Counted from the stretch's first letter, positions 24,797 to 38,317 are shown. The stretch: DNA of 64,000 nucleotides from Octopus sinensis (GCF_006345805.1 NC_043007.1:68944001-69008000); one strand, 5' to 3'. The notes: generated by a model not told the origin, from the sequence alone. Numbers and translations are program-made.

Positions 24797-26311
24797 TAGT
24801 CACGTTCTATAAGAGTTTGTCTCTTTACTTTTGTAGTGTTTTCCCTGTTGCCGTCACATACTGTGAAATTTTGAAATTACGTCAAAATTTTCAAATGTGG
24901 TATAATGTGATACTTTTCCACATTAAATCCGATTTTGTTATTTATTTGTTGCAGAAAAATTTCAGAAAAATATTACTGAGGTTTAAAGTTTAATCAATTT
25001 CACCTGATCAGAAAACAGAATTTGAAAGCTGGCATTTTTTTTTTTTTTTTTTTTTTTACATGATAGCTGTCTATCACAAAATGAAAGCAAAATCATTACG
25101 CGGAGGAATTTTTATTAAACAAATGAAAGCAAAGCATTACGACGACCAACGTTGTAAGAACTTCTGAAGTTTTCATAAGTTTTAATGAATAAAGTCATGT
25201 GAAATGGTCGAACAGACATGTAAATAATTTAAAAAGGAAAAAATTCTCAACGAAGTTTTTTTTGCGAAATTTGCACAAATCTGTCCCGATCAAGACGCCT
25301 GTCTGTCGGGGAAGGTATGGTCTGACATAGAATAAACAAAAATTTGTTTAGTGTACATCTTATTGTAAAAATTGCTCGGCAAAAACGAACTATTCAGCTA
25401 GAACACGCATAAATGTATCGTACAGATAATTCATTTCAGCACAACAATTTATACCACGTACACTTGTCACGCTTATCTTCTTTAATCTTCACTCTCCTTT
25501 GTTGAAAACAATTTGTTCATTCCTTGACTTCCAGTATAGTACACGCTCGTTTCCTCCGCCTTCCTTTTTTCTCCATTTCCTTTCCTTAACTTACCTTTTC
25601 TAACCGAAACGTAGCCTACTTTTTCCTGTCTCTTCTTTTGCCACGTTTGCATTGACTTCGATTTTGTGTTGTTTCTTTTTTTTTTTACTTCATGAATTGG
25701 TTTTTGTATACTCGTATCATTTACGTAGATAAGTACTGCTAATGCTTGTGATGAAGACGAAGTCGCTCGAGGTAAATTAATAACTGGTAGATGCAAGATC
25801 AGCAAAAGAAACAAAAGGCCATACTTCAGTACCTGTCGCTGTTTTAATAAAAGTAGACTGTTTAGAAAAATAACTAACGATAGACATAGCAAAATCGTCT
25901 TTATTAAGAAGCAGTAAACTGAACTATTTTCCATAGGTACATATGACGGTTGTTAGATACTGAAAGTGAGAAAAATATGATGAAATTTAAAATGGGATTT
26001 TTTGTTTCACTTTTAATTTGTAATACAAATATCGGAATAACAAATGCTAGCAAAGAAATTGTTAGGAAGAACATGAATACTCCTACGAATTGCTGAAAGA
26101 AGAAAAATAGAGGGGCATATTTTCGTAAAACGGCACCATAGATCAAACTATTAACGGTTATACTAGAAAACCCTGGCTAGTGACACAAAACTACCAAATG
26201 TACAACTGAACACCAGCAATGAATATTGAAAATATAGGAGTTGAGTGATCTCCGGTAAAGATTTCAGATGGAGATTGCCTTTGTTAATCTCTCTATATAG
26301 TTTGGTCTTTG

Positions 26312-26346
<35 letters not shown>

Positions 26347-26514
26347 TCATCTGACATGTGGCATGTCGTGCACCTGTATAGGTAATGTCGATTTGGAGAG
26401 AGTGGATTTAAGGAAAAACAAACGTTTGATCAATATACACAAATCTTCTGTGTGGTTGTACAGCAAAGAATTGCGGGAACCTCATACCTCGTCTAACGAC
26501 GGAAGAATCCTACG

Positions 26515-26659
26515 TATGTATGTATGTATGTATGTATGTATGTATGTATGTATGTATGTATGTATGTATGTATGTATGTATGTATGTATGTATGTATTTA
26601 TGTATGTATATATATATATATATGTGTGTGCGTGTGTGTGTATGTTATATATATATATA

Positions 26660-26718
<59 letters not shown>

Positions 26719-26720
26719 AT
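26515..26720. repeat. (TATG)n plus (TA)n microsatellite
   Basis: Direct reading; source of the MYVC ORFs. Confidence 0.95.
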
Positions 26721-26855
26721 ATGAGTTCTTTTCGGTTTGGCACGCCAGTATGAGGATATTTGGATGGATGTTTTCGATATCCGATTGCGGAACTTTATAT
26801 GTTCTCTGTCGTGGAGACGAATTGTATCTATTTACGTTGATTATGCGTTTTGCAG

Positions 26856-26915
26856 CGACTTCACTGACGAGGTGCAGATGATTACATTGGTAATCATTAA
26901 TAGCGAAATCTTAAG
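26856..26915 (+). CDS. Candidate internal exon (phase 2 to 2), [19 protein letters not shown]
   Basis: TTTTGCAG acceptor, AAG|GTATGA donor, single open frame; no homology evidence. Confidence 0.25.
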
Positions 26916-27171
26916 GTATGAAGTTAATTGCTTTATTTTGTCTCCTTTCATTTGTCTTGCTCGCATACATTCAGGCGTTTGCTAAAGTTTTTGAGAACAT
27001 ATTCTTCGTGGTAAGGCGATATGGCTTCTTCTTCTAGCGTACTAGGTATCCACCTTGGTGGCTATTCCTCTTTTTTATATATGTAATATATGTGCGTGTG
27101 CGCGCGCGTGTGTATATATACATACATACATACACAGACATGAGAGAAGTAAATAGATACCCTTATAATCT

Positions 27172-27555
27172 CTTCCACTTGTTTCAGTCATTTGACTACG
27201 ACCATGCTGGAGCACCGCCTTTAGTCGAGCAAATCGACCCCAGGACTTATTCCTTGTAAGCCTAGTACTTATTCTAGCTCTCTTTTGCCGAACCGCTAAG
27301 TTACGGGGACGTAAACACGCCAGCATCGGTTATCAAGCGATGTTGGGGGACAAACACAGACACACAAACACACACACATATATATATATACATATATACG
27401 ACTGGTTTCTTTCAGTTTCCGTCCACCAAATCCCCTCACAAGGCTTTGGTCGGCCCGAAGCTATAGTAGAAGACACTTGCCCAAATTGCCACATAGTGGG
27501 ATTGAACCTGGAACCATGTGGTTGGTAAGCAAGCTACTTACCACGCAGCCACACC
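27172..27555 (-). mobile_element. Young family B SINE
   Basis: Head GTGGCTGCGTGGTAAGTAGCTTGC, B box GGTTCAATCCC. Confidence 0.9.
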
Positions 27556-27679
27556 TCGTTAAAATTTATTTAAATCTGAAACTATATATCTAAATTATAT
27601 ATTGATTATCATCATAATGTGAATATCTAATATTTAGTAGACATGCTCTTTGCATTTTTCAATGCAAGGATCCTCTTTG

Positions 27680-28480
27680 GCAGGCTATTGATCAGATGAC
27701 GAATATTCTCTTGAGGAATTTCTTGCCAAGCTTCATGCAGTAATCTCAAAAGATCTAGCTTTGAGGATGCTTTCTTGTTCTTTTTATGAAGTGTCCTGTC
27801 CATTATGCCTCAGATGTATGCAATAGGGTTCATATCTGGTGACTGCTTGGCCAGGGAAGCTTTTCTAATGCCATTCTCTTTCAACCAATCTTGGATCCTT
27901 TAGCCGTGTGACAAGTAAGCTCCATCTTCCATTAATAGAGAGTCTTCTTTAATTATTTCATCACTGGAGAAGATTGAAAGGAGATCTTTACAATATAAAC
28001 ACATATTTATCTGTGTTTATGCTTCCCTCACACTCCAACAGCGAATCTGAACTCATCAGAGAATATGACAGTGTCTCAAAATGCTAGCGGCCTCTCCACA
28101 GTCTCATTGGCTCCGCTTGATATTGGCTGGTCGAAGACGTGGCTTCCTTCTTGCTGCTATTCCATAGTAGCCAAATTTGTGGAGATACCCGACAGCCGTT
28201 TTGGGACTGATATCAACATGTTCCGCTGGGTAAGAGGTCGTGCAAAGAGGATTATTCTCTACACTGATGTTAACATAGCAAAGGATCCTGCTAGAAGGAC
28301 TTCGTCGTCATAGACGAGATGATGTGGACTCCTTCCTCTCTCTTTCTGATGAATTGCATAATTACTCTATTAACTGTAGAAAGCGGGATCCCTAGGTTTT
28401 CTGCCATTTTATGCTAAGTCCTCCTTCAGATCGACACACAATGCAGCCTCTTTGAAATTCGGACAGTTCCAACACTTCTT
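27680..28480 (-). mobile_element. Tc1-family transposase remnant (DD34E type), frameshifted, internally deleted
   Basis: ELSEFQRGCIV, MAENLGIPLSTVNRVI, GYYGIAARRKP, TVIFSDE, DWLKENGI, QSPDMNPI, AWQEIPQE. Terminal inverted repeats not found. Confidence 0.85.
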
Positions 28481-28684
28481 TTGAACGCAGAGTGATTAAA
28501 CAGACACATATATAACCTGAAATGGAAAAATGTCAATCAATAAATGAAGTAAACATTTTCAAGTTTAAAAAGTACATAAAAACATAAAACGATGTTTTAT
28601 AGTGTCTTTCTAATTCTGTCATGTTTGAGTGTGTGTATATATGTGTGAGTGTAACTATGTATAAATATTTATATTTACACACAC

Positions 28685-28725
<41 letters not shown>

Positions 28726-28916
28726 TATATATATATATATATATATATATACACGTACATGTTTACTTTTTAAAGGCATTGACCTAACAGGTAATACACG
28801 TGCACTCATCTTTGAGTAAATTGCATTTAAAAGCAGAAACAGCGGCAAGCAAATGAAACTAATTATGCAATTCGTGGTTCACTGTCTCATTTTTAATTTC
28901 AGATATATGTACACAC

Positions 28917-28995
<79 letters not shown>

Positions 28996-30063
28996 TATAT
29001 ATATATGCATGTATGTATATGTATAAATTATATACGTTTATACATATTCATATTTATATATGCGCGTGTGTGTGCGTGACTGTGTGTGTGTGAGCGTGTG
29101 TGTGTTTGTGTACGTAGATAAACGTATATATCTGCATTTGCGTATTTATTTCCAAATTTTTGTTATTGTTACGGAAGTGTTCGAATACTATAAAAACGTG
29201 TGATCAAATGAAATGGTGGTAGCAGATATATCGGTGTACGCACATCTGCACAAACAAGCACTAACACAATCACACACACTCATGTGTGCGTGTGTCTTGT
29301 GTGGGCGGTGTGCATGCGCGTGCACATATATATATTATATATATATATATTGCTTTCTCTCCCAAATACATACGCGTGTGCGTTTCCGTATACATACATA
29401 TACATATACGTATACACATTGTATAAACCTATATACATATATGCGTATATACAAATAGACATTCATAACAGAAACATAAATACATGCAACTACATATACA
29501 TACTTACATACGTACGTACATGTATACATACATGCATACATACATACATACAAACATACATACATACGTACATACATACATGCATACATACATGCATACA
29601 TACTAACATACATACATACGTACGTACATGCGTACATGTATGCAAACACACTTACATAAATACATACATATATACACGCCCATACATACTCGAAACCCCT
29701 CTGACATACAAATATCAATATCTGCATACTCATTTCTCTGTTGCCTTTCTCACCTTACTTTCTTAATGATACGACCTCGTCCGACTGTCGTTCTCTTCCT
29801 CTCTCTCTCTCTCTCTTTCTCACTCACCTTCTCTCAGAAACAGAAGTTTGATATTTTGCACTTTACTTTTCAAGTACTTCCGAAAGCTGACAAAGCTATC
29901 ATTTAGATAAAGAATCTGTCAAAGAATATTATGGCTTTGACATTCTGACCCCTTTTCCATGGATTAACCCACCAACCCATCACATTGTGTGGAGAGAGAT
30001 AACACTTCTCTTCTCATTGTCAATGATGAACTGCAATTGGAAGAGGAGTTGAACGAATTGAGG

Positions 30064-30115
<52 letters not shown>

Positions 30116-30139
30116 CATTATCATTATTATTATTATTGG

Positions 30140-30349
30140 TTTCAAGATTTGGCACAAGGCTAGTAATTTCGGGGAAGGGGTAAGTCGATAACATCAACCC
30201 CAGTATTCAACTGGTACTTATTTTATCGACCCCTAAAAGATGAAAGGCAAAGTAAATCACGAGGGAATTTGAATTCAGAACATAAAGACGGACGAAATGC
30301 CGCTAAGCATTTTATCGGGCCTGCTAACGATTCTGCTAGCTCACCGCCT
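30140..30349 (-). mobile_element. Family A SINE between (AAT)n tracts
   Basis: Head AAGGCGGTGAGCTAGCAGAATCGTTAG on the minus strand. Confidence 0.85.
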
Positions 30350-30384
30350 TAATAATAATAATAGTAATAATAATAATAATAATA

Positions 30385-30429
<45 letters not shown>

Positions 30430-30700
30430 GAGTGAGGGAGCAGTGTATGCCATCAAAGTGACACTGGGGTACATATATACGAAGCCCAATGCACCCATCA
30501 TGACTACCCGTCTGATAAGGGTACACCAGGCACATGCATCACAACCATATGTGCCCGACATGGTCATCTCATATCAAGATAACGCATGACATTGCAAGTG
30601 AGGCCCAGTTACAATTTTCTTCAGGTCGAGTAGCCTATCTTGCTCAAAAGGTCTCTGAATAAGGGATTCTTAAGGATGATGAACAAAACACCCACACCTC
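30350..30700 (-). mobile_element. Retroelement 3' tail ending in (AAT)n
   Basis: GC-richer unique-looking segment ending CTCACTCAATAATAAT... on the minus strand; family not assigned. Confidence 0.4.
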
Positions 30701-30704
30701 CAGA

Positions 30705-31205
30705 GGTGAATTAGTGGTTAGGGTGTTGAACACATGATCTTAAGGTTGTGGTTTCGATTCCTGGACCAGGCGATGCGTTGTGCTCTTGAGCAAAACACTT
30801 CGTTTCACATTGCTCCAGTCCACTCAGCTGGCAAAAATGAGTAATCCTGCGACGGACCGCCGTCCCGTCCAGGTGGGGAATTTCTACGCCACTAAAACCA
30901 GGAAACCGGCCTTTATGAGCCTGGCATGGCTCGAGAAGGAACATTTATTTTGTGGAGACGCGTGGCTTAGTGGTTTGGGTGTCAGCATCATGATCGTAAG
31001 ATTGTGGTTTTGATTCCTGGACCGGGCGACGCGTTGTGTTCTTGAGCAAAACACTTCATTTCACGTTGCTCCAGTCCACTCAGCTGGCAAAAATGAGTAA
31101 CGCTGCAATGGACTGGCGTCCCGTCCAGCTGGGGAACACATACGCCATAGAAACCAGGAAACCGGGCCCATGAGCCAGGCTAGGCTTTAAAAGGGCGCAT
31201 TTATT
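30705..31205 (+). mobile_element. Head-to-tail dimer of family C SINEs (30705-30950, 30953-31205)
   Basis: Both have A and B boxes and the TTGAGCAAAACACTT...CTCAGCTGGCAAAAATGAGTAA core; 3' ends differ. Confidence 0.9.
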
Positions 31206-31632
31206 TTTTTATTAATGCTTTCTGCTATAGACACAAAACCTGAAATTTTGGGGTTGGCAGCTAGTTGATTACATCAACTCTATTTGTTCGACTGGTACTT
31301 CCTAATAACACTTTCGTTATTGACTACGGGGGCAGCAAAATAACAACAAAAATAATTACGCTATCGGCAATAGCAATAAAATAAAACATCAATAAGCAAC
31401 GGTGACATGAACATTAACAGTATCAATGCTAACCACCATAACATCAACAACAGCAACATTAGTATTATGTCGCACATTCGGATGATCTCTACTCAACTCC
31501 ACTCCCCCAACCTCTAGACATCTCCCAGTATATCTACGTATTGGGCTAGCCTACTTCATCGTCTGGGGGGCGTCTACACAACAATTAGCAAGAATGATAT
31601 CAGCAACAACAACAACAACAACAGAAACAACA

Positions 31633-32035
31633 GGAGGCGCAATGCCCCAATGGTTAGGGCAGCGGACTCGCGATCGGAGGATCGCGGTTTCGATTCCCAG
31701 ACCGGGCGTTGTGTGTGTTTATTGAACGAAAACACCTAAAGCTCCATGAGGCTCCGGCAGGGGGTGGTGGCAACCCCTGTTGTACCCTTTCGCTCCAACT
31801 TTCTCTCACTCTTTCTTTCTGTTTCTTGTCCCCGACTTCCTACGCAACCGCTGAGCCTTGATGCGCATCCATCCATCCGTCGATGCTCTCGGTGTCGGGG
31901 GTTGACCTGCTTTCTCTTCTGCGGGTCTTACGAATAGCAAAGGACCACGTTTCGGACTTCTCCTGTGGCGCGATCTTGCGAACTCTGGGACGAAGACCGC
32001 TTTGCTCAACAAACAAACAAACAAACAAACAAACA
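31633..32035 (+). mobile_element. tRNA-derived SINE, family D, tail type 1 ending in (CAAA)n
   Basis: GGAGGCGCAATG..CAATGGTTAGG head, GGTTTCGATTCC B box, CAACTTTCTCTCACTCTT body. Confidence 0.85.
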
Positions 32036-32951
32036 GCAACATTAACAACAACAGCAGCAACAACAGCCGTCCAAGAATTTGGACCTGAAGATCTCAATTT
32101 CCACCAACTTCGAGGGCCACCTCCCAGTGGTGTCAGGCGTCAACGAAGAGCCCTCGACTACAACAAGACGACCAAAGTTTTTTTTCCATGGTCTGGGGTC
32201 TCCCGCCCCTAAGCCCTAGACCATCACCTAATCACCCTTACCCGGCTTAACAACAACAACAACAGCAACAACATCAGTAGAAAATGGTTGGTAGCAAAAA
32301 CATCAGCACCAGCAAAAATGACATTAGTAACAAGAACAATACTAACGGATACATCAACAACATCAGCAACAACAGAATAATGATGTACAATATGAAATTA
32401 ACACCAGCAACAACAGAATCAACAATAAAGATCCTCTCTCATATCCAGCAAGGTCTCCTGCTCGGTTAGAAATGGTAATGAAATTCCCCTCGAATACACT
32501 CCGACATTTGTAAAAACAGGTATATTTGATAATGCAGTAGTAGACATCGCGAAAAAAAAATTAGATGAGATGGTCATGGTTGGAATATACTTGATTATAG
32601 GCTTACTCAATCAGGGATTTAGGTTTTAAGTAACAACAGAAACAATAATGGCGATAACAACAAGAAACATAACAACAACAGCAACAACACCTTCATCAAT
32701 GGCTGCAATGCATTAAGAGCAAACAGGAAAGCAAAAGGACGTTCCCCATTGTTAATAGAAATATCAGTGGTTCCATCCGTGCCCCCCACCCCTAACAGCC
32801 TGTCTATCCTTAGATCACTCTCCCTTAGATGCCGACATTTTGTTTCCCTACTCCCGAACCGACCTTCACGCCTCCTCCCGGCCTATCAGACATTATAGAT
32901 TTCATTGATTTCGCAGATAAGTATGTATTTTTCGGTTATTGCCTTTCTCAG

Positions 32952-33051
32952 CTACAGCAAAATCTGCGACACGGGCAGCAGCTATGCTGAGAGAGCTTCT
33001 GCATACTCACTTAATCTGTTAGGAATCGCAACCAATTATCCCGCAAACCTA
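32952..33051 (+). CDS. Candidate internal exon (phase 2 to 0), YSKICDTGSSYAERASAYSLNLLGIATNYPANL
   Basis: Pyrimidine-rich acceptor TTATTGCCTTTCTCAG, weak donor GTAATG; phase-compatible with 26856 and 38137. Confidence 0.3.
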
Positions 33052-33112
33052 GTAATGCTGTTATAGGAAGAAAAGAAAAGGGATTGAACTATATGCATCC
33101 AGACTTCGATAT

Positions 33113-33496
33113 GGAAGCACTCCGTCGGTTACGACGACGAGGGTTCCGGTTGATCCGAATCAACGAAACAGCCTGCTCGTGAAATTAACGTGTAAGTGGC
33201 TGAGCACTCCACAGACACGTGCACCCTTAACGTAGTTCTCGGGGATATTCAGCGTGACACAGAGAGTGACAAGGCCGGCCCCTTGAAATACAGGTACAAC
33301 AGAAACAGGAAGTAAGAGTGAGAGAAAGTTGTGGTGAAAGAGTACAGCAGGGATCACCACCATCCCCTGCCGGAGCCTCGTGGAGCTTTTAGGTGTTTTC
33401 GCTCAATAAACACTCGCAACGCCCGGTCTGGGAATCGAAACCGCGATCCTATGACCGCGAGTCCGCTGCCCTAACCACTGGGCCATTGCGCCTCCA
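33113..33496 (-). mobile_element. Full-length family D SINE, tail type 2, with 13-bp TSD CAGACTTCGATAT
   Basis: TSD at 33100-33112 and 33497-33509; intact A and B boxes. Confidence 0.92.
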
Positions 33497-33647
33497 CAGA
33501 CTTCGATATATTACTCTTCAAACAAAGACGAGATGAATAAGACTGCAACAGTCAGGTCTAAACTGGGGTTAACGACGACGGAGACATCAGCAGCAAAAAC
33601 AACAACAAACCAGTACTAAAGATTTATCTATACATGGTCTTAAGAAC

Positions 33648-34166
33648 ATGTATGTATGTATGTATGTATGTATGTATGTATGTATGTATGTATGTATGTA
33701 TTATGTATGTGTGTATGGATATGTATATATCATTTTATCTATGTAGGTATGCATGCAAGCATATATATATGTATATATGTATGTATGCATGCATGGAAAT
33801 ATGTATGCAATTATGTATATATGTATGCGTGAATGAATGTATACACCTATATGTAAGCATGCATGTATGTATGCTTGTATGTATGTGTGTATGAATGTAT
33901 ACATGTATGTATGTATGTGTGTACGTATGTGTGTATGAATGTATGCATGTATGTATGTATGTATAAATTTACGTGTGTACTGATGTATGTACGTATGTAT
34001 CTATGTACGCAAACACGTATGTATAAATGCTTGTACGTACATATGCAGGCATATATGTATGTATGTATACATATTCTTACTTACATACATACATACATAC
34101 ATACATACTTACATACATGCATGCATACATGCATGCATGTATGTATGTATGTATGTATGTATTATG

Positions 34167-34197
<31 letters not shown>

Positions 34198-34200
34198 GTA
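33648..34200. repeat. Degenerate (TATG)n/(CATA)n array with orientation switches
   Basis: Direct reading. Confidence 0.9.
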
Positions 34201-34384
34201 AGTAAGAATAACCACAAATCTAATTACTGATATTTCTAATGCATCTAATACATACGATTCAAGGTCAGGCAATAAACCGTTACCTGGATATCCTCTTCGG
34301 TCGTTATAACCGAAAAACGCTGATGAAAATGCCCTCCATGGAATATATTTGCAAATGTACGTATGCGGGAGTGTGAGAGAACCC

Positions 34385-34498
<114 letters not shown>

Positions 34499-35806
34499 AA
34501 TTTACATATATATAATGCACGACAAAAAAAAACAATTTCATTTTCTAAAAGTGCATTGTACATAGTTTTGCACATTATACAAATGTTCAAAATCAGAATA
34601 TTAGTGCATTGCATATAATCTGCTCCAAATAAGTCTGAAATATGGATTTTTTTCACATCTTTAATTGCTTCTGCTGACTACACATTTTATTTGATTCTAA
34701 AAAGAACTAAGAAATTTATGAGAGATTCTTCATACCTATATATGTGGACAAGATGCACTCACTTTTGTGAAAAGGGCATGACTGGACATTTCGCATTTCT
34801 GCACACTTTAGCCTATTCTCTTCGAAACATTCCCAAATTTTGTTAGCGCACATTCAGTTAATTGGTCAATGATGTAGCTGGTACGAACTTCCTTTATCTT
34901 TTAAGATATGTAGTTCAATTTGAAAATGCACAAATTGCTTCATATACTCGCTTTTCTTTACGTCTAATGTATAACCTTTTGTATACAGGTTACCACAATA
35001 TTATACCAAATATCAATGGTTCGAATTAGTGCCGTTCCTGTTCAGCTGGAGAAGTGCTTCAACTATCAATATATCAATAGTTCCAGTGATTGAAAACAGT
35101 AGTCTATGTGGTTATATGGTTAAAATAAAAGTAATTAAATAATGTATTCTAATTGTTTTTTATTCATTTTTTTACACGTACTAGTATAAAGTACGCAATA
35201 AACGGATATACTTTTCTTTATCTAAAAACAAAACAACGGCGAATTTTACACGGGGTGGAGCGCATTATGTTGATTAATACATCACACACATACACACACT
35301 CACACATACGCACACACACACAAATAAACACATGCGTGAACGCACACACACACACACACACACACAAAAACACACGCGTGAACACACACACACACTAGTG
35401 GTTAGAGTGTTGCACTCGCGATCGACATTTCTTGAGCAAAATATTTCAGGTTTCCGCCGAATTCCTTTCACATCTGACGTGTGGCACACCATGCACCCGT
35501 GTAAACAATGTCAGTTTGATAGAAGGAGTGAGCTAACATTTGACCACTATAAACAAATCATCTGAGTATTTGCTTAGCAATAAATCGGGGAGACATTCAT
35601 CTGTAGTCTACAAAAGGAGAGTCCACAATATCTATATATGTATATACACATACATACATACATACATACATACATAAATACATACACACGAACACACATA
35701 CACGCACACAGACACACGCACACATATATATGCATATGCCTATATGTATATACGTAAGTATATCCATATTTATCTATATTTATATCTGTGTGTGTGTGTG
35801 TGTGTA

Positions 35807-36965
35807 TCTTTATATATATAAAACTGAGAATGTGTATCTGTCTGTCTGTGTGTTTCCCTAAAACTTGAGAACTACGCAACCAATTTCATTCAAATTTTAC
35901 ACATGCCTTACTTAGGGTCCATGTAGTTTCATGGGTAAAAAAAATGTTCAACTTCTTGCCTAGAGCGAGCCCATAGCAATATCATATCTTCTCCACTATT
36001 TCAGTATTACATGTTACAAGTGAAACAAAAACATTTCTCTATTTTATGTCAGATACTTTCACTTTAACAATAAAAATAATAATAACAATTGAATTATATG
36101 TAGTAACTAATAATTAAAATCAAACTAAAGTATAATATAATTGTAACATAACAAAAATTAAAATAGCAATTGGTATAAAATTGCATCAATGACTTGAATT
36201 GAATAAGTGGTTTCACGTGAATGGGAATAAATTAAAAATAAAATTAGCGTGCAGAAATGGAATAGTCCCGATGGATAATAAAAAATTAAATTAAAGAAAA
36301 GACTATTGTCTATAAAGTATACAATGTAGAGAAAAAAGATTTGAACATATGGAGGAAAGCACCTACGAAAAGTGTCTTGGTGCGACTATGAAAGATATCT
36401 AATCAGAGACGGTAAATTCGCCACAATAGAAGCAAGGTTCGAGTCAACTGAGCGTGCAAGGAAGTACTCGACTCGAACTTGCAAAGTGGAAATACTTTAT
36501 TTTTGCCTTTATATAAAAATGCCCCCCACCCCCGAAGTAGAGGTAGGCTGGATTGTAGCCACACTTCTATACAATTCTTACACTTGCAAAGCCTTTCCTC
36601 GGCGTTAGGTCCTGAACTGCAAACCACATCGAATTCACTATCGAACGACGGAGATCCACCACCACAACCACCACTTCATATATCAACTGAATAAATAATA
36701 CACCAACAATTCTCACTTTAAATGTTTGTTCTACTAAATTAATCCACTATAAAAAATATAACCGACAACTTCCTACTGAAATTAACTGCAGTTCTATTCA
36801 AAGAACTGAATTATAAAAAAATCGGTACACGACAAGTATCAAAGATGTTCTATAAAAGACGGGGCAAATAAAATTTAATAGTTACTACCATTAACAAAAT
36901 ATAAACTGGCAATGTCTAGCAATAGTTTTATGTTGCAAATCGAAAAAAGGCATCCACACCTCTAG
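35807..36965 (+). mobile_element. Possible non-autonomous Helitron-like element (3' end uncertain)
   Basis: A|TC-TTTATATATATAAAA start, TGTCTGTCTG microsatellite, CCAATTTCATTCAAATTT motif; possible CTAG|T end at 36962-66. Confidence 0.35.
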
Positions 36966-37157
36966 TTTATAAACTCTTTTTTACAGAATCAATATTAATG
37001 TTGATAAGCGGCACATTTATCAAACGTAACCGACACTGGAACCAAAAAAAAATCTCCTGATGATTGGTCATTAAAAGCATGTAATATATAAATGTATGAA
37101 TATTAGATCAGTAAATGACAGAGTTAGTAACAATAATTATCATTTCCTACATAGAAG

Positions 37158-37440
37158 GCGTGGAGGCACTTGGCCTAGTGGTTAGAGCAGCGGACTTGTA
37201 GTCGAGGGATCGCGGGTTCGAATCTCAGACCAGGCTATGTGTGTGTTTATGAGCGAAAACACCTAAGCTCCACGCGGCTCCGGCAGAAGGTAAAGGCGAA
37301 CTTCTGCTGACTTTTTCGCCACAACTTTCTCTCACTCTTCTTCACTTGCGACGGACAGGCGTCCCGTCCAGGTGGGGAACCTATGCGCCAAGGAAACCGG
37401 CCCTTATGAGCCAGGCGTGGCTCGAGAAGGAACAAACATA
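37158..37440 (+). mobile_element. Chimeric SINE: family D head and body plus family C tail
   Basis: D sequence to CAACTTTCTCTCACTCTT, then GCGACGGACAGGCGTCCCGTCCAGGTGGGG...GGCTCGAGAAGGAACA as in 30850-30945. Confidence 0.8.
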
Positions 37441-37574
37441 GAAGGCGATGAGCAGAATTGTTAGCACGCCGGGCAAAATGCTTCAAAGCATTTCGTCCGT
37501 TTTTACATTCTTTGTTCAAAAAAATATTGGTTTAATTCGACTGTTATTCTACAAATACCCTCTTATAAGGCTCA

Positions 37575-37820
37575 TACGTGGCTTAGTGGTTAGAGCGTTG
37601 CACTCCTAATCGTAACATTGTAGTTTAGATTCTTGTACCAGGCGGTGCATTGTAGTCCTGAGCGAAACAGCTTCATTTTACGTTGCTCAATTTTACTCAG
37701 CGGACTAAAATAAGCAATCCTGCAACGGACTGACGTCCCTCTCGGGAGTAACTATATACGCTACAGAAACCGGGAACCCGGCCCTATGAATCTATATGAC
37801 TCAGGATAGGGCTTTATCCT
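37575..37820 (+). mobile_element. Family C SINE (decayed)
   Basis: CGTGGCTTAGTGGTTAG head; C core and tail. Confidence 0.75.
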
Positions 37821-38136
37821 TTATATTTTGAGACTCAGAAATGAAAGACAAAACTCACCAAGGTTACACATTTTAATAGGGAGAAGTAGCTTCTGTTCAG
37901 TTCATTCAGCATTTGACAAACACTTTATTCATCAAGGCTATTATTATTATTAAAGAGATAAAATAGACTGGATTTAATCTGTCCAGTGTTTCACAGGTAT
38001 CATTTTTATTGGCCCTATGAATGAAAGGCCGGGTTTTTTTCACTCATTGTGCCACACTAATTTTGCCCGAGGATTACGTTATGAATACAAGCGTTTATGG
38101 AATACTCTGCCATTTATACATTAGCTTAATTCGCAG

Positions 38137-38231
38137 GTAATTCAGTTACTTGAACAGCTGAATGCTCATTGTGGAAACCGATGGAGGACGCGTGAACTAT
38201 CAGTAGCTCATAGTGATTTCCCTCTTGATGA

Positions 38232-38263
<32 letters not shown>

Positions 38264-38317
38264 AGAAGAAGAAGAAGAAATTAGATACAAACCAACAGAT
38301 AGCAAATTCAGATCCTG
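38137..38317 (+). CDS. Candidate internal exon (phase 0 to 1): VIQLLEQLNAHCGNRWRTRELSVAHSDFPL-D8-G4-E-K5-LDTNQQIANSDP
   Basis: TTAATTCGCAG acceptor, CTG|GTATGA donor, 181 nt open frame; GAT, GGT and AAG triplet runs all in frame. Protein not recognised. Confidence 0.55.

Noticed and set aside
25729-25771. Candidate exon ISTANACDEDEVAR
   Set aside because: Splice dinucleotides are present, but it lies antisense to the hydrophobic ORF and is not phase-compatible with 26856; unsupported.
34270-34330. CCGAAGA core on the minus strand and CTGATGA on the plus strand
   Set aside because: No properly placed GAAA-NUH on either strand.
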